From Macrostomum lignano (Eukaryota), in contig NIVC01002413.1 of assembly GCA_002269645.1 (NCBI GenBank), positions 62,001-126,000 on the forward strand: DNA of 64,000 bases, read 5' to 3'. Under the pieces are notes generated by a model. It was not told the DNA's origin. It saw only the letters and a program-made list of their open reading frames with translations, and did not search any database. Below, piece by piece: positions 37,275-50,844 of this stretch (positions are counted from its first letter, which is position 1; each line of letters begins with the position of its first letter). Both the position numbers and the translations under genes were made by a program.

Positions 37275-39559
37275 TCACTTCAAATTAGGCGGCTCCTCAA
37301 TTCGCAGCTGTTGCCGCACCTCTGCCAATGGTTGGTGCCAATTCCTTTCAAAGTAATAATTTATGGTCAGATCCGCATCCGAGCCAGTGCGCAACGCGTA
37401 GGCCAGGTAACCGCCCTCCTGCAGGTAGCGTCGTGTCTGCTTCGGGCGAAGCCGCAAGCTGCCTAGAAACGCCCCAGTAACGCACATCGGCAAGCCAGTT
37501 TGAAATGCTTCAAACCATTTGACGACAACTTCTCCGAGGAAGTCTGTGCCCTGCAAGAGTCGTTGCAGGTAACACAGGTAAAATAGGAAAGAAGTGATTA
37601 TTGTCATGGTGTCAATAGAACTCATTTCCTAGAATTCACTGTGTAATTATAAAACGGCCCTTTTCGGGCTGCTTAAATTTACTGCACACTTTACCCTAGC
37701 AACGTAAATGAAATATTAATCATTTCTCACCTGTCCCAGCAGTACGTGATTAAGGTCGTGAATCTCTCTGTACCGCTGCATCACGTAGGCCAGTTCGGGA
37801 TCGTCAACGAAGCACACGGTTCGGCGATGGTCGGGACTGTAGCCGTAGCGGTCGAGGAAGTCGGCGTAGGCTCTGCCGAGGCTGCCTTCGGGCAGGCGGC
37901 GCAGGGCCTCCAGGTCGATGCTGCCGCCGCCTGCGAGGGGGAGACACAAGAGCGATTCTTGAGGGGCGATTGTTGAGGGCGATTCCTAAAGGCGATTCTT
38001 GAGCGCGATTCTTAAGTGGCGAATACTGAAGGGCGATTCTTAAAGAGCGATTCTTAAGGGGCGATTCTTAAAGGGCGATTCTTGAGGGCGATTCTTAAAG
38101 AGCGATTCTGAAGGGGCGATTCTTAAAGGGCGATTCTTGAGGGCGATTCTTGAGAGCGATTCTTGAGAGCGATTCTTAAAGGCGATTCTTAAGAGCAGTT
38201 CTTGAGGGCGATTCTTAAAGGGCGATCTTAAGGGGCGATTCTTAATGGGCGATTCTTGAGGGCGATTCTTTAGAGCGATTCTTAAGGGCAGTTCTTAAGG
38301 GCGATTCTTAAAGGCTATTCTTAGGGGCAATTCTTGAGGGCGATTCTTGAGTGGCTATTCTTGAGTCTTGAGGGGTGATTCTTAAGGGACGATTCTTGAG
38401 AGTGATTCTTGAGGGGCGATTCTTGAGGGCCGATTCTTGAGGGCAATTAATGAGGGAGATTTATAAGAGCGATTTTTGCTAACTTGCGCAAACTTTTAAA
38501 AAGTATTTTTGGTCTTACATGTAAACAAAACCACCTTAAAACTTTTTCGCTTTCCAGAAGAAAGACCAAAGAAAGCGAAAAAAACAGGTTGATATCTACC
38601 TAGAGCACCCAGGTGACACACACGTCTTGGGCGAAATCATCTTACAGCCAACGCTGAGAAAATTCTGCCCTGGGCATTTACATGTATACTCTTTGTACCT
38701 TGTGGGTTGGCCCTCACGGATGTGAATGGCACGAATGTGGCCTGGAATCGAACCCGGAATCGCAATGAGAGTGCTGGCGCCCCTGCTGCTGGCACCCCTG
38801 GTGCTGGCGCCCCTGGTGCTGGCGCCCCTGGTGCTGGCGCCCCTGGTGCTGGCGCCCCTGGTGCTGGCGCCCCTGGTGCTGGCGCCCCTGGTGCTGGCGC
38901 CCCTGGTGCTGGCGCCCCTGGTGCTGGCGCCCCTGGTGCTGGCGCCCCTGGTGCTGGCGCCCCTGGTGCTGGCACCCCTGGTGCTGGCGCCCCTGGTGCT
39001 GGCGCCCCTGGTGCTGGCGCCCCTGGTGCTGGCGCCCCTGGTGCTGGCGCCCCTGGTGCTGGCGCCCCTGGTGCTGGCGCCCCGTGATGCGGCTACGCCC
39101 CTGATATTTCTATGTCAACTTAAAATGCGTCCTGAGAAAGCCACATTTATGCCATTCTAAGAAACACAAACCTTCGACAGTTCGAATGCGCGGCCTCTCC
39201 GCCAGAATTCGACGCCCCTCTTCATTTGCCAGCATGTCGTCGCGAAGTAGTCGAAGCGCCCACTCGCCCGTGGTCTCGCCGAACGCCGAGATCATGTCGT
39301 CGCGCCAGGGCGCCGCCAGGCAGGCGACGCCGGAGCCAACGGCGAGGAAAACGCGCTGGCCGCAGTCCAGAGGCCGATGGTTCGGGTAGCGGCGAATGTC
39401 GCCCAATGGCAGCAGGTCCGGGTCGAAGTCGTCGTCAATGGCGAGGGTGTCGCCGGGTTCCTGCGATGACGCATTGGATGACGTCATTGGGCGTCGTTGA
39501 GAGGCTGCCAAGCTGAGCAACCGCCCAGATTGAGCGAATAGTCTCCGGGAGAGAAGCAT
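37275..39559 (-). CDS. COQ4: Ubiquinone biosynthesis protein COQ4, ~287 aa; exons 39559-39172, 37930-37731, 37550-37275
   Basis: PWRDDMISAFGETTG, ERPRI, LPEGSLGRAY, YVMQRYREIHDLNH (HDxxH) and GEVVVKWFEAFQTGLPMC, with an Arg/Ser-rich mitochondrial presequence. Splice phases 1, 0. Confidence 0.95.
37955..38480. repeat. ~14-bp minisatellite GGGCGATTCTT(AAA/GA)
   Basis: Tandem copies in COQ4 intron 1. Confidence 0.9.
38775..39083. repeat. 15-bp minisatellite GGCGCCCCTGGTGCT
   Basis: Near-perfect tandem copies in COQ4 intron 1. Confidence 0.95.
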
Positions 39560-39734
39560 GACAAATATTGTGTTATTGAGTCATCATTTAGTAATGAGTC
39601 AATCAACTGTCTGTCATTACTAAAAAGGTCATACTACTATCGGTTAGGAATTGAGTCATCGACTAGAGATGAATCTTTATTAGGAATGTAAAATTTTTTT
39701 TGAACTACAGATGGGTCACGATTGGTCACGAATC

Positions 39735-39995
39735 ATGGGTCATGGGTCACGAATCATGAGGTAGACATGAGAATCATGAGGTAGATATGAGAATCATGAG
39801 GTAGACATGAGAATCATGAGGTAGATACAAGAATCATGAGGTAGATATGAGAATCATGAGGTAGATATGAGAATCATTATTTAGAAATGAGAATCATGAG
39901 GTAGATATGAGAATCATGAGGTAGATATGAGAATCATGAGGTAGACATGAGAATCATGAGGTAGACATGAGAATCATGAGGTATACGTGAGAATC
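39735..39995. repeat. 20-bp minisatellite GAGAATCATGAGGTAGATAT
   Basis: Tandem copies. Confidence 0.9.
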
Positions 39996-40679
39996 AAACT
40001 GAGCATGCTTAAATGAATTTAATACTGAATAAACAAAAATTAAGGTAATAAAAGCATAACACTTTTCAGCATAGAAATTTTTACCAACAATGGCACAAGT
40101 ATATGTACAATTAACTTTAATAAAAAAATTAGTTCAGGTAAAATGACGATTACAGGCAAAGTGAATAAGTGCATTACGCGCAAATATAATAAGTGAGAAA
40201 TAAAATCCATCAGCTTGTATAATAAAAGTCTGTAAGCATAGGCAAGGCACAGTTAAACAAAAAGGACGGAATTCATACTACTGAGGCTTAGCGTACTACT
40301 TACAAGTAGACTTCCACTTTTACATGCAAATTATAACAAAAATAATTCAAATAAAGGAAACAATGACTTTTAAAATAAAAAATATGTGAAATTAAGAAAA
40401 TATGATCTGAGAGTGTAAAGACTTCAACTGACAATTAAAATGAATAAATATAATTTATTGGACGGATTAATGATACAAGTATAACCACTATAAACAGCTG
40501 CGCATTAAAAACAGTGCATAAGTATCGCTTGTATGTCGATAATATGCCAGATTAATAATCATAAATACAAATACGATTTCGTTGGAAACCATGCAGCTAA
40601 ACATCTGCTTGACCAAAACATTATCCTCTTATCAAAAGCTTTTTATTACTCACAAACCTCGAACCCATAAAAAATTTTT

Positions 40680-41640
40680 AATGACCCAAAACTAATGCCC
40701 TTGACACAAACCTATTCTTTTGACCCAAAACTAATCCCCTTGACCCAAAACTAATGCCCTTGACACAAACCTATTCTTTTGACCCAAAACTAATCCCCTT
40801 GACCCAAAACTAATGCCCTTGACACAAACCTATTCTTTTGACCCAAAACTAATCCCCTTGACCCAAAACTAATCCCCTTGACCCAAAACTAATCCCCTTG
40901 ACCCAAAACTAATCCCCTTGACCCAAAACTAATCCCCCTGACCCAAAACTAATTCCCTTGACCCAAAACTAATCCCCTTGACCCAAAACTAATCCCCTTG
41001 ACCCAAAACTAATCCCCTTGACCCAAAACTAATCCCCTTGACCCCCAAACCTAATCCCAATTGACCCAAACCTAATCCCTTGACCCAAAACTAATCCCCT
41101 TGACCCAAAACTAATCCCCTTGACCCCCAAACCTAATCCCAATTGACCCAAACCTAATCCCTTGACTCAAAACTAATCCCCTTGACCCAAAACTAATCCC
41201 CTTGACCCCCAAACCTAATCCCAATTGACCCAAACCTAATCCCCTTGACTCAAAACTAATCCCCTTGACCCCCAAACCTAATCCCAATTGACCCAAACCT
41301 AATCCCCTTGACCCAAAACTAATCCCCTTGACCCCCAAACCTAATCCCAATTGACCCAAACCTAATCCCCTTGACTCAAAACTAATCCCCTTGACCCAAA
41401 TCTAATCTCCATTGACCCAAATCTAATCCCCATTGACCCAAACCTAATCCTTCTGACCCAAACCTAATCCAATTGACCCAAACCTAATCCCTATTGACCA
41501 AAATCGTATCCCCTTGACCCAAACCAAATCCCCATTGACCCAAATCTTATCCCCTTTAACCAAACTTAATCTCTATTGACCCAAACCAAATTCCCTTGAC
41601 CTCAAATCGATCTCACTGACCCAATTCTTATCTTCCTGAT
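40680..41640. repeat. 20-bp minisatellite GACCCAAAACTAATCCCCTT
   Basis: Tandem copies. Confidence 0.95.
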
Positions 41641-41747
41641 CCGCGGGATCGTTGTGGGTTCAACAATGATCTCACTGACCATCACACTATCTTGTCTTTC
41701 ACCCCAATACGCAGAGGTCAAACCCGAAATTAAGCAGGCCAGACCGC

Positions 41748-44700
41748 TCAGTTCAGCTTCGCAGCCAAAGATTTAAACGCCGGCAGGTCGCCGCCTCCGC
41801 CGCTGGCGTCAGCCGCTTCGCTAGTGGCTTTGGCCAGCCGCCGTTTCACCCGGTCCCGACAGTCCGGTTGGCTGGCCACCTCCAGCAGCAGCGCCTCGGC
41901 CGCCCGGCGGGTCTCCGCGTGCCGTTGGCTCAGCGCGCTGAACCCGAAAGTCAGCAGAGCGCCCAGGCTGACTTCGCCGCCGCCTTCGCCGCCGCTGCCA
42001 CCACCGCTTTTAGCCGCCTTCGACGAGGACTTGGCAGACAGGCCGAGCTGTTTGTAAAGCGCGCTGGCCAGCTGCACGCGCGCCACAGCCTGGCGCTCCA
42101 GGGTGGCGGCGCCTCGGCGCATAGGACGAAGGCAGAGATGTACAACCGCGGCGTCGGGCATCTGACGGACCTGATTAATAAAAAATATATAAGATCAAAA
42201 TAAATTGGAATTTACGCTCGAAGCACATCATGACACCTATTAACCGTGATACAGTAGACTCATGACTCAGACAGTAGACTCAGGACCCAGATAACTGACT
42301 CATGACCCAGACAACTGACTCAGGACCCAGACAACAGACTCATGACCCAGACAACAGACTCAGGACCCAGACAACTGACTCATGACCCAGACAACTGACT
42401 CAGGACCCAGACAACTGACTCAGGACCCAGACAACAGACTCAGGACCCAGACAACAGACTCATGACCCACACAACAGACTCATGACCCAGACAACAGACT
42501 CAGGACCCAGACAACTGACTCATGACCCAGACAACTGACTCAGGACCCAGACAACTGACTCAGGACCCAGACAACAGACTCAGGACCCAGACAACAGACT
42601 CATGACCCACACAACAGACTCAGGACCCAGATAACTGACTCATGACCCAGACAACTGACTCAGGACCCAGACAACAGACTCATGACCCAGACAACAGACT
42701 CAGGACCCAGACAACTGACTCATGACCCAGACAACTGACTCAGGACCCAGACAACTGACTCAGGACCCAGACAACAGACTCATGACCCAGACAACAGACT
42801 CATGACCCACACAACAGACTCATGACCCAGACAACTGACTCAGGACCCAGACAACAGACTCAGGACCCGGACAACAGACTCAGGACCCAGACAACAGACT
42901 CACAACCCAGACAACAGACTCAGGACCCAGACAACAGACTCACAACCCAGACAACAGACTCAGGACCCAGACAACAGACTCACAACCCAGACAACAGACT
43001 CAGGACCCCCCCCCCCCTACCTTGGGCCAGCCGGCCATCTCGAGCAGGAACTCCCTAGACGAGTCGCGAATTCTAGCCGCCGTGTCGCCCAGCTTAACCA
43101 ACAGCGGCGGCACGAGCCGACAGCAGCCGTAGTGCAGATCGGATCCGGGCAGATTGTGCCGATCAACAAATCCAACTAGCAGAGCCCGGCCAAGTGGCAG
43201 GGCTGCTTCGTGCACCGTCACCGCTGCGTCTTCGAAGCCTCTCTGGCAGACAGCCAACACGGCCTGGTAGAATTCTCCAGGCGTTGCATTATTGTTGCTA
43301 TCGGAGCCGAAATTCCCAACTAGATTGGTTAACTCCGATAGCGCTTCGGCGCGCATTGAGCGCGAAGTTGAGCGCGCTTTAGCCAGTAGGTCAGATGGCA
43401 GAGCACCGGTGTCGCTGGTCGTCTGGTCGACGGCGGTCTCCGCGCCATCGACATCTTGTTCGTTGATTGCGTCCGCGCTTTTCCTGCCACCAGAGCCCGG
43501 CTGTTCGTCCTCCTCGTTCACCGTCTGGTTCTGTGTGCGAATGGGGGTACATCTTGTACTTTTAGAAGCTTCAAGACTGAACTAAGCGCTTTTAATTACG
43601 ATGGACATTTCACATAGTCTTGGCTATAATATGTAATATGATAATATGTATATCATCATAGATGTCTGAAACCATTAGCCATAGACACTTAAGACCCCTA
43701 TTAGCCATAGACACCTAAGACCCCCACTAGCTATAGACATCCAAGACACCCCTATTAGCCATAGACATCCAAGACACCCCTGTTAGCCATAGACATCCAA
43801 GACACTCCTATTAGCCATAGACATCCAAGACACCCCTATTAGCCATAGACATCCAAGACACCCCTGTTAGCCATAGACATCCAAGACACCCCTATTAGCC
43901 ATAGACATCCAAGACACCCCTATTAGCCATAGACATCCAAGACACCCCTATTAGCCATAGAAATCCAAGACCCCTATTTGCCATAGACATCCAAGACCCC
44001 TATTTGCCATAGACATCCGAGACCCCATATTAGCCATAGACATCCGAGACCCCTATTAGCCATAGACATCCAAGACCCCTATTTGCCATAGACATCCAAG
44101 ACCCCTATTTGCCATAGACATCCAAGACCCCTATTTGCCATAGACATCCAAGACCCCTATTTGCCATAGACATCCAAGACCCCTATTTGCCATAGACATC
44201 CAAGACCCCTATTTGCCATAGACATCCAAGACCCCTATTTGCCATAGACATCCGAGACCCCTATTAGCCATAGACATCCAAGACCCCTATTTGCCATAGA
44301 CATCCAAGACACCCCTCTTAGCCATAGACATCTAAGACACCCCTATTAGCCATAGACATCCGAGACCCCTATTTGCCATAGACATCCGAGACCCCTATTT
44401 GCCATAGACATCCGAGACCCCTATTTGCCATAGACATCCAAGACACCCCTATTAGCCATAGACATCCGAGACCCCATATTAGCCATAGACATCCAAGACC
44501 CCTATTTGCCATAGACATCCAAGACCCCTATTTGTCATAGACATCCGAGACCCCTATTTGCCATAGACATCCAAGCCAACCTGCAAAGTGGGCAGCGGAG
44601 TATCATCGTAACTCAGCGCCAAAACATTCCTCCGATCGGTAGCGCCGCCGCCAGTGCTTCCGTCGATAAAGCCAATCTCAGACTGCCTCTCCGTCCTAGC

Positions 44701-47221
44701 CGTGTCCATAGCAACGCTAGGCAATTCAGAAGCAGATTCTTCTTTATTAGCTTCATTGTAGGCTGTATCGTTAGGAACAGGAGCATTAGCTGCAGGCGAA
44801 AAAGCAATAGCATTAGCTGCGGCCACAGCGGCATCCAATTTATTCTGTATAGCAATTTTATAGTCCTCAGCTAGGCCATAGTCCTCTATGGCTATGGCTT
44901 TGGCTTTGTCCAACTCAAGCTCTGCCAGCTCTTGGCCGGCGGACACAGCGGCACTGATCCGAGCCTGGGGACAGGTTGATTGGAAATATTAATCATCTTA
45001 AAATTTGCAGGTAGATATATTGGCAGTTAGATTTCTTATATTGGCAGGTAGATTTCTAATATTGGCAGTAAGATTTCTTATATTGGCAGGTAGATTTCTA
45101 ATATTGGTAGGTAGATTTCTAATATTGGTAGGTAGATTTCAAATATTGGTAGGTAGATTTCTAATATTGGTAGGTAGATTTCTAATATTGGTAGGTAGAT
45201 TTCAAATATTGGTAGGTAGATTTCTAATATTGGCAGGTAGATGTCTAATACTGACAGGTAGACTTCTAATATTGGCAGGTAGACTATAAAGCTGACGCTT
45301 ATTTTTAAATAAAAAATTTAACTAGCTCACCTGAACGCCTTTAGCGGCGCCTAGCAACTCCTTAGCAACCAATTGCTGTTTCTCCCAGTCCAACTCTCGG
45401 ATCAGCTGGACAAGGCGGGGGTGGCAGGTCAAATCAAAGCCAAGATCCACGTAGGGTGATTGGTAAGCCGCGGCGGCTGCGGCCAGTGTACTTTTACTAG
45501 CTTCATCATCGTCGGCATCCAGAGGCTGAGACTGTATCGCTAGGGCAATAATTCCCACCTGATTGTATGGATTTCTCTCTGCGTTGCTATGGTTGCTATG
45601 CAGGCTGAGTTTCACGAAGCTACCATTGGCCTCTAAATGGATGGATTTTAATTCGCGCCTCTGTTTGCCCGACTGGTTGCTAAGCAACGCCACGTGACCG
45701 AGTCGGCTCCAGCGGACATTGTTGACGTGTCTAGGCTCATCTGGCGGGCAGTCGCCGATGTAGAATTCGACCTAAGCCGGTTTGATAAAATGCGCGTAAA
45801 TGATATTGTTTTATACTAGATTATTGCTTTTCACTGGCGCTTCTATTCCAAAATTGGCGCTTGTATTCCAAATTTGGCGCTTCTATTCCAAAATTGGCAC
45901 TTGTATTCCAAATTTGGCGCTTCTATTCCAAAATTGGCGCTTGTATTCCAAATTTGGCGCTTCTATTCCAAAATTGGCGCTTGTATTCCAAATTTGGCGC
46001 TTTCACTCCAAAATTGGCGCTTCTATTCCAAATTTGGCGTTTTTCTATTCCAAATTTGGCGCTTCTATTCCAAAATTGGCGCTTGTATTCTAAATTTGGC
46101 GCTTTCACTCCGATATTAGCGCTTCTATTCCAAATTTGGCGCTTCTATTTCAAAATTGGCGCTTCTATTCCAAATTTGGCGCTTTCACTCCAAAATTGGC
46201 GCTTCTATTCCAAATTTGGCGCTTCTATTCCGAAATTGGCGCTTGTATTCCAAATTTGGCGCTTTCACTCCGATATTGGCGCTTCTATTCCAAATTTGGC
46301 GCTTTCACTCCAAAATTAGCGCTTCTATTCCAAAATTGGCGCTTCTATTCCGAATTTTGCGCTTCTATTCCAAATTGGCGCTTCTATTCCAAATTTGGCG
46401 CTTCTATTTCAAAATTGGCGCTTCTATTCCAAATTTGGCGCTTTCACTCCAAAATTGGCGCTTCTATTCCAAATTTGGCGCTTCTATTTCAAAATTGGCG
46501 CTTGTATTCCAAATTTGGCGCTTTCACTCCGATATTGGCGCTTCTATTCCAAATTTGGCGCTTCTATTCCAAATTTGGCGCTTTCACTCCAAAATTAGCG
46601 CTTCTATTCCAAAATTGGCGCTTCTATTCCGAATTTTGCGCTTCTATTCCAAATTGGCGCTTCTATTCCAAAATTGGCGCTTCTGTTCCAAATTTGGCGC
46701 TTCTATTTTGAGTTTAGCGCTTCTATTCCACCCCAAATTTGGCACTTTCACTCCAAATTTGGCGTTTTTCTATTTCAAATTTGGCGCTGCTATTTCAAAT
46801 TTGGCGCTTCTATTTCAAATTTGGCGCTTTTATTTCAAATTTGGCGCTTCTATTGTGAGTTTGGCGACTCCATTTTCTGATTGGGCGTATCCTTTCCAAT
46901 TTTGGTGCCTACTATAACAGTTGAGCTTTTATTACCCCTAGAATGCGTCTGACTCTTACAGCACTATAAATTATTCATAAAATTTGAACGAAAAGCACAA
47001 ACCTTCGAAGCGATGCAGTGTGGATGCGATACCAGCTGGATCTTGCGCACTTTTAGTGGCTCCTCTAAGCCAAGAACTAATTCTTGAGGATAGAGACAGA
47101 ATTTGGCACTGAGCCAACCTGTAGACCATGGCGATGGTGACTGAAGTGCAGTGGCTGGATGGCCTGCGTCCTGGCTAGAGCAGTGAATGATGCTGAATGG
47201 GCTGCAGCTGATGCATTGCAT
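41748..47221 (-). CDS. CEP104: Centrosomal protein CEP104 (jelly-roll, coiled coil, TOG), ~658 aa; exons 47221-47003, 45771-45331, 44964-44581, 43530-43021, 42170-41748
   Basis: GWLSAKFCLYPQELVL, RKIQLVSH..IASKVEFYI, RELKSIHL, NPYNQVGIIAL, KAIAIEDYGLA and TOG HEAT repeats (LLVKLGDTAARIR; SALSQRHAETRRAA). All introns are phase 0. Confidence 0.9.
42255..43005. repeat. 20-bp minisatellite GACTCAGGACCCAGACAACA
   Basis: Tandem copies in a CEP104 intron. Confidence 0.95.
43675..44575. repeat. 26-28-bp minisatellite GCCATAGACATCCAAGACCCCTATTT
   Basis: Tandem copies in a CEP104 intron. Confidence 0.95.
45005..45290. repeat. 21-bp minisatellite ATTGGCAGGTAGATTTCTAAT
   Basis: Tandem copies in a CEP104 intron. 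Confidence 0.9.
45830..46860. repeat. 20-bp minisatellite GGCGCTTCTATTCCAAAATT
   Basis: Tandem copies in a CEP104 intron. Confidence 0.95.
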
Positions 47222-47695
47222 AGTGGCCACTCGTCTGTAAAATGAAAAAAGAGATAATTATTTTCTTGCCATATATATCTCAGTAGCTATATTCAGATTC
47301 TAACTTGATTTAAACCCAGTAAAATCTTGAGAAAATCTATAGAGATAATAGGGAAATTTAGAAAAATAAGTTATTAGATGTAGGTCATGATTTTATATAT
47401 TCATGCTTCCTTAAATATAAGCCTAGTCTTTGGCTTGGTAATATATTTGTCTATGACTATACTTATAATTGTAAACACTTACTCATATTTATATAGAGGA
47501 TTAGATATGACTAATGGGGACATGATAAAAATAATAAAATCATAAGTTTAATAGTTATATCTTTTAGACATATAAAAATGAAAACTCTGTGTGTGGATAT
47601 ACAAATTACTTTACAATGGTCTCCCAGACTGTTCAACCAAAGTATATATAGTGAAATTTCAATTTATTTTAAATATCCTACAAAATTTATATTGT

Positions 47696-47740
<45 letters not shown>

Positions 47741-47917
47741 CAAAAATATTATATTAAACAATAAGGCCATTAAATTAAACTAAATACATTCTTATAATAT
47801 ACACTATGACAATACAATATAAAAGACCAAGACTGCAAGAGAGTAGAATAAGCAACCATTGCTTTATATAAAGTATATGAATTTTTGCTATTGTATTAAA
47901 TATAATTAGAAGTTATA

Positions 47918-49609
47918 AGGGTTATTCCATGATAGGGTCATCAAAGGTATAGAAATTTTTTTAAAAATTAATTGCAAATGTGAATATTTCATTTTGCATA
48001 TAATTATGTATAGTTTCATTTTTATGTAGTTTTATACACATTTATCTACCTCTAGGTATATATATTTTGTTTTGATCATGGTACCCTTGCAAGATTTTAA
48101 ATGTCCCGCGGGATATTATAAAAAGTTTAATCTAGTTTTCAATAAGAAAAAAAGTTAATAAACATAATGCATCAAGTGCATAAATAATAAAAATCTTTCT
48201 TTCTTATATCTAAAGACTGAAATTATAAAGTTTTATGATCTAATATAGTTCTATCTATCATAATTTTTTATTTTAAAAAGTTTGACTTCCCTTTTTTAAG
48301 TGTTAAAAACGACTATCATTTTTTTTTACAAAAAGTTGTTGTACTAATTTTCAAGAGGTTTATAAGTTGATAATTTTTTGCTAAAATATTTTCTGAGCCT
48401 ATATTTAAGTTTATAGTCATTTTTGTTAGTTTATGATAAGTGTATCATGCTAAAAAAACCCTGCAAAGTTACCTAATGACCATCATTTTCTAGTATTCTG
48501 AAATTTGTTGATCTTTATAAAACCTGAATTACTATCATTTATTCCTAAATTTTATACAAAAAACTGAATTTACTGATATTCTAAAATCATGTCTTTTTTT
48601 TAATGTGAATTACTTATTCAATTTCTCTTTCAAAGTTTTTACAGTTTTGATTGTAAAGAAAAATATAGTGGAATTCAAGTCTTTTATTAAAAATGTATAC
48701 TGTCAATTACTTGTTTGATACCTTAAAATCATTTTCAACCTGCACTATCAAAAAGGTTGTTCCAATTACTAACCATGCACCTAGAACTCTCCACTTTAGT
48801 TTGCAATGCACCTTAACACATGCCCCAATCTTCAGTATAAGTAGTCTAACTAGACTCAAGTTTTTACTATCCATTGGTGCTACTGCTTATTGCCTAACAA
48901 ATAATCTGTATTTGCCTTTGGTTTTGTTAATTGTTATATTCTATTCTTTGAATTCTTGAATAGATTAGGACTGTCCATCTTTATGATCATATGTTGAGTT
49001 GTGCAATCATGAAGTGATGTTTTTGTTGAAGGTGCATAAGTACATTTGATCTGAAATGTGAAACAGGTATAATAAATTTTATGGTTAGACAAGCAAGTTA
49101 TAGTTTTTATATGAACAACTATGGATTATAAACAATCTTTTAACCAAGATTGTATCTAAAAATAGAGCATCCTAATACACTTTTTAAAACTGAAGGTTGT
49201 TTTTTGAAACAAACGACCGTCAGTCAATGACCGTCATTTAAGAAAAAATGTGCAACACAGTTAAAGTTATCTACTAAAATGTAATAATGGTTTTAACCAT
49301 TCATCTAGCTATTGTTTACTACAATTAATGATCAATTGAGACAAAAACTTGCCTGATTCGCAGGAATCTTAAATTTCAGTTATAAAGTTGGATACATAAA
49401 CTTTCACCAAAAACGACCGTCATCAAAAGTTTCTCTCTGCTAAATCAACACAGTAAGACAAATGACTTTTTTAAAATGTATCTCATCTCAATCTAGAGGT
49501 CACGCCCATAAATATAGAACTCACAAAGTCTCAATTTAGTTTGTCTTTTGTATGATTACTGATTATTATTTGCTCCAACCCAACGACCGTCATCTCATGG
49601 AATTACCCA
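47918..49609. mobile_element. Putative TA-flanked TIR element (MITE)
   Basis: TA|AGGGTTATTCCATGATA ... TCTCATGGAATTACCCA|TA, with an internal repeated (A)ACGACCGTCA motif. No ORF. Confidence 0.45.
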
Positions 49610-50844
49610 TAAGTAAGTAGTTATGGGAAATAATAAGCTATGAAGCTAAAGACTTATAGAATATAGAAAATTATAATGGTTATTCTCATAGTCCCATGCC
49701 AATAATGCCAATATTATCCAAATGGTACTATGCCAATAATGCTTTGCCTGCACAGTAGCAAATTTATAAGGACTTCTTTAAGTTTATATAAATAAATTAG
49801 TTGCAATTTTGATAGGATGATAATTTTATTGCTATAGGGGTTTTTGATAGTGCTGATATAAAATTTTAAATGTATGCATATATAATACAATATGCATTTT
49901 GAACAATATTAGTAAACTAAAATAAATAAAATCATTACAGTGTAGTTAAGGGGCCTAAGAAACTTTGGTAGGGAAATTTTAGAGTTGCATAATTCATAAA
50001 GATATATGAACCATATAATTTATTAATTTCCTAACAGATTGCTGCATCTCTATGCTTCAATTATTTGTTCTGAAACTTTTATGACTTTTTGACACATGTT
50101 TTAGCTTTGCAATGAAATTTTAGACATATAATTATCTTTTGTATTTCCTGCAATATACAGGACAAGCTGAAAAATAGTTTTTTTAAAGATTCCATGCTGT
50201 TTTATAGCTAAGCTAAGCTAAGACTTCTTTAGATTGGAATCTGGGACGTTTCAAGTAGGTAGGTATTCAGGCCTAGGTTAATTACCGTTAATAATCAACT
50301 AATTAATTGTAGACTTATTACCATGATGAAAAAAACAAAACATTATTTTAATACTTTTAAGAATACTTTAAGTAGCCATTTAAACGATTTATTCAATTCA
50401 AAAATCTAATATAGCTAAAAGCGCTTAGACAAAAATTAGGCCTGGCATTATGAGAAAAAGGACTTACAAGACACAGCTAGCTGTTAAAAGTAGTCCTGGA
50501 AACCAGAAATTTTAAATTTGTTGTCCAATTTAACAAATTAGGTTTCAATTTAATAAGCTATAAAAGGTAAAAATAAACATATACATAAGCTTGAATAAAA
50601 ATAATGCTGTATTTTACACCGATTTTAAAATACTTCTATAGTAATTGGTCTGTAATTTTTTTACCTATTTAAACTGTGCCAGATTGTTCAAAACAAACAC
50701 TGATAAGATTTTTCAGTCTGAGTCTAAGATTGTCTGTTTCTTTGAAACTTGACGTAATTTAATTAATTGAAATGTCGTAGCAATAATAAGCCAAGTATGT
50801 TAACTAGTCATCCTATATACTAAAAATGGTCTGTCTGTGTCTAT

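Noticed and set aside
38637-39160. Collagen/elastin-like GAPGA or PAPGA protein
   Set aside because: A 15-bp minisatellite inside COQ4 intron 1 that is open in several frames.
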